11,205 nt of DNA from Candidatus Baldrarchaeum yapensis (GTDB lineage Archaea > Asgardarchaeota > Baldrarchaeia > Baldrarchaeales > Baldrarchaeaceae), in assembly GCA_016840465.1 (NCBI GenBank), contig JAEOSH010000064.1, forward strand, positions 1 to 11,205, given 5' to 3'. The position numbers and the translations under genes are program-made. The stretch's first letter is position 1. Each line of letters begins with the position of its first letter. The notes under the pieces are model-generated. The model was not told where the DNA came from. It was given only the letters and a program-made list of their open reading frames with translations, and made no database searches. Shown piece after piece: positions 5,605-11,205 of the stretch.

Positions 5605-7047
5605 ATGGACGTTTCACCTATGGAGCCAAGTGTACTGGATAAAATATTTGAACCAAGGCGTATCGCCGTGATTGGAACCTCACGGGATCGAGGGTTCTTC
5701 TGGGTGAGATGTTTCTTGGAAATAGGGTTTTCAGGCGAAATCTTTCCAGTAAACCCAAAGGAAAAAGAAGTGTTGGGGCTGAGGTGCTACCCGAGCGTTA
5801 GGGACATACCTTGCGAAATAGACTTTTCAGTGATAGCCATCCCCGCCCCTAAGGTTCCGGACGTCCTGAGAGACAGTGCCGAGAAGGGCGCGAAGCTTGC
5901 AACGATATTTTCATCTGGTTTTTCGGAGACCGGAACCCGTGAGGGTATCGAACTTGAGAGGAAGATAAGGAACATCGTGGAGGAGTACGGGATAAGGGTG
6001 CTGGGGCCGAATTGCATGGGAGTTTACATACCGTCAAGGGGCTTGAGTTTCAGGCCCGATTTTCCCAAGGAGAGCGGGACTGTGGGCTTTATCTCACAAA
6101 GTGGAGGCAATGCCATCGGCGTTGTCCTATACGGGGAGAGCTGGGGAGTGAGGTTTTCCAAGGTATTTTCCTATGGAAATGGGGTAGATTTAGAGTGTAC
6201 CGAACTACTAGAATACCTAGGATGGGATCCGGAGACCGAAGTGGTAGGAATCTATGTGGAGGGTGTCAGAGACGGCAAGAAGTTTCTCTCTGTAGCAAGA
6301 AGGATCGCACAAGAGAAACCCTTAGTTGTATGGAAGGGCGGTGTTACTTCTGCTGGTTCTAAGGCTGCTGCGTCCCATACCGGTGCACTTGCGGGATCTG
6401 CGGAGATCTGGAATGCTGTTCTTAAACAGTGCAATGCCGTTGCCGTTTCAAGCATGGATGAAATGGTCGACATGTTGAAAGTGTTCACACAGGTGCCTGA
6501 GATTCGAGGTCGGAGGATCAGCCTTATTTCTATCAGTGGAGGTGCTAGCGTTGTTAACACGGATCTCGCGGAGAAGGGTGGTTTTGTGGTAGAAGAATTT
6601 CCTCAAGACTTGCAGGAGAAATTCCGTAGCAAGATACAACCAGTGGGGGTCAGTGTTAGGAATCCGATAGACCTTGCAGGGTCATTTTACGACTACGAGG
6701 CCTTGGAGTACATAATGGAGGAGATAAAGCCCCTGATAGACGTGTTGGTATTTGATTTGCAGATAATTTACCCGATACTCTGGAGGCGGATGAGAGAATT
6801 CGACTATCTTAGTACTCTGACAAAACTGGTCATTGAGGGATGCAAATCATACAGGGATGATGACAAGGTGTTCGTCGTAATTCTTCCTGTGATGCATTAT
6901 GAGAGAGAGTGGATTGATGTGAAGAATAAGTTGATCGCGGAGGGAGTGCCGGTATTTCAATCAACCGATCGCGCGATAAATGCGCTTGCAAAGGCCTATA
7001 GGTATTACAGGCGTTTAGAGAAATTAAAGGGCAATGTTGCACGGTAA
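5605..7047 (+). CDS. CoA-binding protein, NDP-forming acyl-CoA synthetase (ACD) alpha-subunit-like
   Basis: IAVIGTS..., FPVNP, RVLGPNCMG, ISQSGG, GN..D, KGG.T..G..AAASHTG (phospho-His), second ligase domain ISGG and NPIDL. No ATP-grasp domain. Start may be 5596, 5605 or 5620. Confidence 0.9.
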   Translation: MDVSPMEPSVLDKIFEPRRIAVIGTSRDRGFFWVRCFLEIGFSGEIFPVNPKEKEVLGLRCYPSVRDIPCEIDFSVIAIPAPKVPDVLRDSAEKGAKLATIFSSGFSETGTREGIELERKIRNIVEEYGIRVLGPNCMGVYIPSRGLSFRPDFPKESGTVGFISQSGGNAIGVVLYGESWGVRFSKVFSYGNGVDLECTELLEYLGWDPETEVVGIYVEGVRDGKKFLSVARRIAQEKPLVVWKGGVTSAGSKAAASHTGALAGSAEIWNAVLKQCNAVAVSSMDEMVDMLKVFTQVPEIRGRRISLISISGGASVVNTDLAEKGGFVVEEFPQDLQEKFRSKIQPVGVSVRNPIDLAGSFYDYEALEYIMEEIKPLIDVLVFDLQIIYPILWRRMREFDYLSTLTKLVIEGCKSYRDDDKVFVVILPVMHYEREWIDVKNKLIAEGVPVFQSTDRAINALAKAYRYYRRLEKLKGNVAR

Positions 7048-7370
7048 CTTTTCTTAGGATTTGGCTAGAAATCGTTATTCCTTTTCAATTTCCGTATTTG
7101 TATTACATGCACATAATTATGCAATTTACTGCTCCTGCGTGTCCAAAATTTTGCGCGAGTTTCCCATCTGAAATTAGAGGACGATCCGTAACTGTCAGAA
7201 CGTACAAGAAGAGCTATAAAAAATAGTAATTCACAAATTTATTGGAGCTGAATTGCTCAAACCGGCGAAGTATTAATCATTATCATAAATTTAGCAGTAA
7301 GTATCGACATTGGGAAATTTATCAATTTGTCTCTACATTTTTGAATGACGAGTTATGTGATGTGAAAGTG

Positions 7371-7526
7371 ATGGTTGAAATGGCAAGAAAAATTTTGATT
7401 TCTGAGGAGGCATTAAGAAAGATAGCCAAGGGGAAGATAAAGTACACGGGAAAGAAAATCAAGCCGGGGAGATGGATACTTAAGGAAAAAATTGGTGATT
7501 TCATTGGTAGTAAGAGTAAGGATTAG
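7371..7526 (+). CDS. Small basic hypothetical protein (51 aa)
   Basis: MVEMARKILISEEALRKIAKGKIKYTGKKIKPGRWILKEKIGDFIGSKSKD. Lys/AGA-rich coding-like composition, upstream TTTATCAA box at ~7318, and an overlap with the start of the next gene. No family recognised. Confidence 0.35.
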   Translation: MVEMARKILISEEALRKIAKGKIKYTGKKIKPGRWILKEKIGDFIGSKSKD

Positions 7527-7945
7527 GCTGAGGGCAAAAAATACTGGAAGGACGAAAGAATTAGTGGTGCTAGCGAATGGAGGAGCGGAAAGCCCGGCGC
7601 CGTGTATCGTAGTGGATCCGGAAACGGCTAAAGAAATAGGGTTATGACCAGTAAGGGAGGTTTCGCTAGGCAGAGGTTTATAGTGTGGAGGAGGTGTCGC
7701 ACACCACTGATGTGTTCGTAATAAGGAATGCGGTAGAGATTGAGCTTATAGATTTAGAGGAGGATAGAGTGCTTTCGCGATTAGATGCCGATTTAGTGAT
7801 ACAAGATAACGTTATGGAGCCTCTGATAACGGACATAACAATAAACGAGTTAGGGATTCAAGTCATAAGTAGTTTCAGTAAGGGGTTATGGCGGCACAGA
7901 GAAGACCCGCCAGACAAAGTGAGGAGGAGCTCCGAGGTCAAATAG
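7504..7945 (+). pseudogene. Archaeal retropepsin-like (clan AA aspartic protease-like) protein gene with a nonsense codon and a frameshift
   Basis: From TTG 7504 (SD GGTGA at 7494): MVVRVRIRLRAKNTGRTKELVVLANGGAESPAPCIVVDPETAKEIGL*(TGA 7645-7647)PVREVSL, then +1 frame AEVYSVEEV...LITDITINELGIQVISSFSKGLWRHREDPPDKVRRS. This matches the recalled archaeal family 'MxVRVxLRI...ALxNSG.E..P....P..A.ELGLWP ... LI.D....ELGI......GLWR..DP..VR.S'. Confidence 0.68.
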
Positions 7946-8265
7946 ATTCTTTTTAAAGAAAAGGGTAGGGCTTATGCTACAGTTAGGGGGTTGTTTGTAC
8001 AAATGATTAAGGTGATTTACATGCCCTTCAAGACCTTTACGAAATTTATAGGCGGCCTTCGTGAGTCATCTTGCGTAAGTGAGGCAATTAAGTGAGTAAG
8101 TGGTAGTTCAACGAGGATAGAGCAATTGTTTCTTGGTAATGCTCTCTTGTATGATGCTTTTGACTAAAAAGTCTCGCATGTGGATGCCGAGAATTTGTTT
8201 TTGGAATTTTTTAGATGGTCAATTTTCTTTACCGGGATGCTTAACATATTTCAAGGACGAAAATT

Positions 8266-8281
8266 GAGAAACGTTTATAGG
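8266..8281 (+). promoter_or_regulatory. BRE/TATA promoter of the DUF211 gene
   Basis: GAGAAACG-TTTATAGG, ~54 nt upstream of TTG 8335. Confidence 0.55.
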
Positions 8282-8334
8282 AGAGGAGGTTCCACTACTT
8301 GACGTGAACCACGCTAGAGAGGGATCGGGACAAA

Positions 8335-8631
8335 TTGAATAAAAATAGTATCAGGCGATTGGTATTAGACGTATTGAAGCCTCACAATCCCCCGACTCCC
8401 GTGCTTGCTAAGATTCTTGCGTCGATGGATGGAGTAGATGGGGTCAACATATCGCTCATTGAGGTTGATGCGGAGACAGAGACCGTCAAGATAACGATAG
8501 AGGGCCCGGATCTTGATTTTGACAGCATAAAGAAAAAGATAGAGGAGTGCGGTGCGAAGATACATTCAATAGATCAGGTGGTTGCAGGTAGGATCATGGT
8601 GGAAGAAGTAGATACCGAGCACACACGCTGA
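8335..8631 (+). CDS. DUF211 (COG1888) family archaeal protein
   Basis: IRRLVLDVLKPH.P, GVDGVNI.L.EVD.ETE..KITIEG.DLDF..I...IE..G..IHSIDQVVAG..VE signature. Confidence 0.9.
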   Translation: MNKNSIRRLVLDVLKPHNPPTPVLAKILASMDGVDGVNISLIEVDAETETVKITIEGPDLDFDSIKKKIEECGAKIHSIDQVVAGRIMVEEVDTEHTR

Positions 8632-9270
8632 TTAGATGAGAATATCGAGTGCTATTAGGAGGAGCGATGTGGCCATTCCTATTGCCAGTGTTTTAAGGCC
8701 GTAGATGAAGGCGGGCTCCTTTGTCGCCCTTCCGAGGAAAACTCCTAACATGAAGAGTATTGCGAAAATTGCAACAATTGTCGTAGGTATTGTATATTCC
8801 AGAGGTAGTATTCCGTGGAGGGAGAGCCAAGGCGGTATTAGCGATAGCAGGGCAGTGAGAAGCGGAGCAAACCCGTCGATCAATGCGATCATCACTGTTG
8901 CAAATCTGTTGGCTCTTGAAATTATGGTATCTTCGAGTTTTGCAAGCATTGCCGACTCCAGCTCTCGCAGTTTTCTCTCCCTTTCAGCCTTTTCGGTGAC
9001 ATATGCTCCAAAGATTCCTGAGATGCACATGGCAATGCTCCCGCCGATTCCGGCGCCGATTAGTATTTTTAGTGTATAAATATCCGGTACTGGGCCCTTT
9101 GCCAGTATTATTCCGAGAACGACCCCGAATATTGTGAGCGTTCCGTCAAATGCATTCAGCGCGAAATACCTCCTTGCAATTTCTCCTACTCCACTTATCT
9201 CGTTATATAAGCGGATTTTCTCCCTCCATTCACGAATTCGGATAATTACGCGCCTAATGGCGTCTCTCAT
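8632..9270 (-). CDS. VIT1/CCC1-family membrane protein (archaeal TIGR00267-like; putative Fe/Mn transporter)
   Basis: ARRYFALNAFDGTLTIFGVVLG, GIGGSIAMCISGIFGAYVTEKAE, LRELESAML and DGFAP signature with TM helices. Start is likely ATG 9270 (SD GAGGT) rather than 9309. Confidence 0.87.
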   Translation of the reverse strand: MRDAIRRVIIRIREWREKIRLYNEISGVGEIARRYFALNAFDGTLTIFGVVLGIILAKGPVPDIYTLKILIGAGIGGSIAMCISGIFGAYVTEKAERERKLRELESAMLAKLEDTIISRANRFATVMIALIDGFAPLLTALLSLIPPWLSLHGILPLEYTIPTTIVAIFAILFMLGVFLGRATKEPAFIYGLKTLAIGMATSLLLIALDILI

Positions 9271-9681
9271 TTTCGCGGCATTACCTCTCACAGATCCCTG
9301 AGTATGCACTTACAGTATGGGGTTTCACCAATTTATCTTTTTTTGATCCGCAGATTAGAAGATGTTTTAAGTGATGTTGGATCTTCGGCAAGTTAACAAG
9401 TCTTTTTACAATGCGCTGGCCGTCCTACTATATTTCGAGTTAACGTGCTTACTTCCGCGAGGATTTACCTTACTTTCCTCGTGTCAGCGGCGTTAGGTTC
9501 GGGGAACGTTTATGGCATCATCCGGACAATTTTGTAATAGAAGCCATCGACTTCATCATATGCGGTGGCGATATGTCGGGTTGCTGGTTGCATGTGGGGA
9601 AATGGTGGTTACATGGATCGTGGGAATCAGGTTCCGGTAATAAGAATCTCCGAGCCGCAGAAACTTCCATCTTTACTGAAG

Positions 9682-10377
9682 ATGCCAGGAATCGGGACAA
9701 GTGCAACCAAGAGAAGGTTAAAGCAGACATTCATTCGCCTGCTTCTAAACATATATCATAGGTCCATGATGCGTCCCAGAAAGGTTAAAATTCTCGATAA
9801 GACTTTTATTGTCTTACCTGGAACGTTTTCGCCAGTGTGGACACTGACCAGCAGATTCCTAGCATTGAATTTAGACGTCAGGGAGGGTGAGAAGGTGCTG
9901 GATGTGGGAACAGGATGCGGAGTCCAGGCAATATTCGCGGCAGATGTTGCATCAGAGGTTGTTGCTACCGATATTAACCCCATAGCGTGCGAGTGTGCAC
10001 GCATTAATGCGCTTATAAATGGTGTTTTTCCAAAGATGGATGTCAGACAAGGCGATCTGTTCGAGCCAGTTGGAGGAGACGAGAAGTTCGATCTCATAAT
10101 ATTTTCACCGCCCTATCTTGATGGAGAGCCACGGGACATGCTCGAAAGGAGTTGGATGTGTGGAAAAGGGCACGATGTAATAAGGCGCTTCTTCAGGGAG
10201 GCTAGACGTTACTTGAGGGAGGGAGGAAGAGTGAGAATGGTTTACTCGACTATTGCTGATACGGATATTCTTCTTCAAATACTTGAAAGGTACAGATGGG
10301 ATTGGAGAGTCGTTGCCAGAAAGAAGTACCCACTGGAGGAAATATTTGTGCTGGAGGCGAGGCCTTATGAAGGTTAG
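9682..10377 (+). CDS. HemK/PrmC-related class I SAM-dependent methyltransferase
   Basis: VLDVGTGCG motif I, VVATDINP, GDLFEP, FDLIIFSPPY, and a G.D.I.RF...A.RYL..GG.V.M tail. Start uncertain (9613, 9682 or 9766/9769). Confidence 0.87.
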   Translation: MPGIGTSATKRRLKQTFIRLLLNIYHRSMMRPRKVKILDKTFIVLPGTFSPVWTLTSRFLALNLDVREGEKVLDVGTGCGVQAIFAADVASEVVATDINPIACECARINALINGVFPKMDVRQGDLFEPVGGDEKFDLIIFSPPYLDGEPRDMLERSWMCGKGHDVIRRFFREARRYLREGGRVRMVYSTIADTDILLQILERYRWDWRVVARKKYPLEEIFVLEARPYEG

Positions 10378-11188
10378 GGCGCAGCAGGCAAAATCCCATG
10401 TGCTTGAGGAGATATTGGAATTTCTGAGAGAGAAGTTGGGTGATCGAAGGCTTAACGGTGTGATCCTTGAAGATGTGAGGATAGGATTGTTGTATGCGGG
10501 TGTTAAATTGTCGTCTGGTCATGGGGGCGTTGCTTATACATTTATGGACGAGGCGATCGCGTACATGCGTGCGAGATGTATGGAGAGGAGAACTTTCTTC
10601 TCCGGCATGAGGCTGGTGGATGCCTTGAAACTTTCATTCTCTTGGGATCTAGTAGAGGCAGCGGTGGGAGTAGCAGCCATCAATGCGGCGTCACAATTAG
10701 TTTTTGAAGAGCGGGCGAGCGAGTACGAGTTTTCTGATGTTGATGTTGTTGAACTCGTGAAAAAGGATGATGATGTTGTGATGGTGGGGTATTTTGCACC
10801 TTTGGTTCCGAGAATCCTTAAGAAGACGCCAAATTTGGTGGTGATAGAGAGGAAACCAGCGCCGGGCGATATTGAGATATTGCCGGACTTTGCGTCGGAG
10901 AAGGTGTTACCCGAGGCGGACGTTGTGATAGTATCTGGAAGCACCCTTGTGAACAAGACTATCGATAGAATATTGGAGTTGAGCAAGAACGCCAGAGACG
11001 TGGTGCTCTTGGGCCCGACCGCAAGTGTTATTCCGGATCCTTTGTTCAGGAGGGGGGTGACCGCTGTTATGGGGATTAGGATAACGGATGCTGATAAGAT
11101 GCTTAAGATAGTGAGTGAGGCTGGTGGGACGCGATGGCTTTTAGCGGAGTGCGCCGAGAAGTTCGCAATTCTCAAGGAAAGAAAGTAA
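10367..11188 (+). CDS. DUF4213/DUF364 (enolase-N-like plus Rossmann-like) family protein
   Basis: DVRIGLLY.GVKL..G..GVA, AAVGVAAINA, VVMVGYF.P, VIER.P, ADVVIVSGSTLVNKTID.ILEL, LLGPTAS..P..LF..GV. ATG 10367 with SD GGAGG overlaps the methyltransferase 3' end by 11 bp. Confidence 0.87.
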   Translation: MKVRAQQAKSHVLEEILEFLREKLGDRRLNGVILEDVRIGLLYAGVKLSSGHGGVAYTFMDEAIAYMRARCMERRTFFSGMRLVDALKLSFSWDLVEAAVGVAAINAASQLVFEERASEYEFSDVDVVELVKKDDDVVMVGYFAPLVPRILKKTPNLVVIERKPAPGDIEILPDFASEKVLPEADVVIVSGSTLVNKTIDRILELSKNARDVVLLGPTASVIPDPLFRRGVTAVMGIRITDADKMLKIVSEAGGTRWLLAECAEKFAILKERK

Positions 11189-11205
11189 TACCGGATAAGT
11201 ATAGG

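Noticed and set aside
7050-7360. AT-rich intergenic DNA with palindrome CATAATTATG (7112-7121) and repeated AAATTTA as a CRISPR leader/array or origin
   Set aside because: No regularly spaced direct repeats and no ORB-like motif; such short palindromes are expected in AT-rich DNA.
7645-7647. TGA read as Trp or Sec (alternative genetic code)
   Set aside because: TGA is used as a normal stop elsewhere (aor, aldolase, DUF211), the aligned residue is Trp rather than Cys, and a frameshift follows 20 nt later.
9392-9483. Two GTTAAC palindromes and a CGCGAGGA/TCCTCGTG stem in the VIT1-methyltransferase divergent region
   Set aside because: Too short to distinguish from chance, and not the SurR GTT-N3-AAC motif.
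8705-11175. Antisense ORFs 8705-9079, 9756-10097, 10250-10522 and 10534-11175
   Set aside because: Mirror frames of the VIT1, methyltransferase and DUF364 genes, with Ser/Thr-rich shadow composition.

Overview
Archaeal genomic window, probably from an anaerobic thermophile (inferred from BRE/TATA promoters, GGTGA/GGAGG ribosome-binding sites and gene content). Intact genes: a tungsten-type aldehyde:ferredoxin oxidoreductase coupled by an ATGA overlap to a class II aldolase, an iron-sulfur flavoprotein, a ~4-TM membrane protein, an ACD-alpha-like CoA-binding protein, a DUF211 protein convergent with a VIT1/CCC1-family protein, and a HemK-like methyltransferase overlapping a DUF364/DUF4213 protein. 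Between them lie decayed pieces that the ORF track misses or mis-frames: a possible DDE transposase C-terminus, a 5'-truncated COG3355/TrmB-like HTH gene back-to-back with a 5'-truncated HdrA/MvhD-like gene, a doubly truncated SDR, and a retropepsin-like pseudogene. The most interesting signal is a ~150-nt, 69% GC, highly structured minus-strand element (~4625-4783) with its own well-positioned BRE/TATA and a predicted pseudoknot. It resembles the 3'-end omega/reRNA of archaeal IS200/IS605 TnpB elements, has no tnpB next to it, and runs into the broken SDR gene, which would supply its guide. All family calls come from motif recognition by eye; no searches were run.
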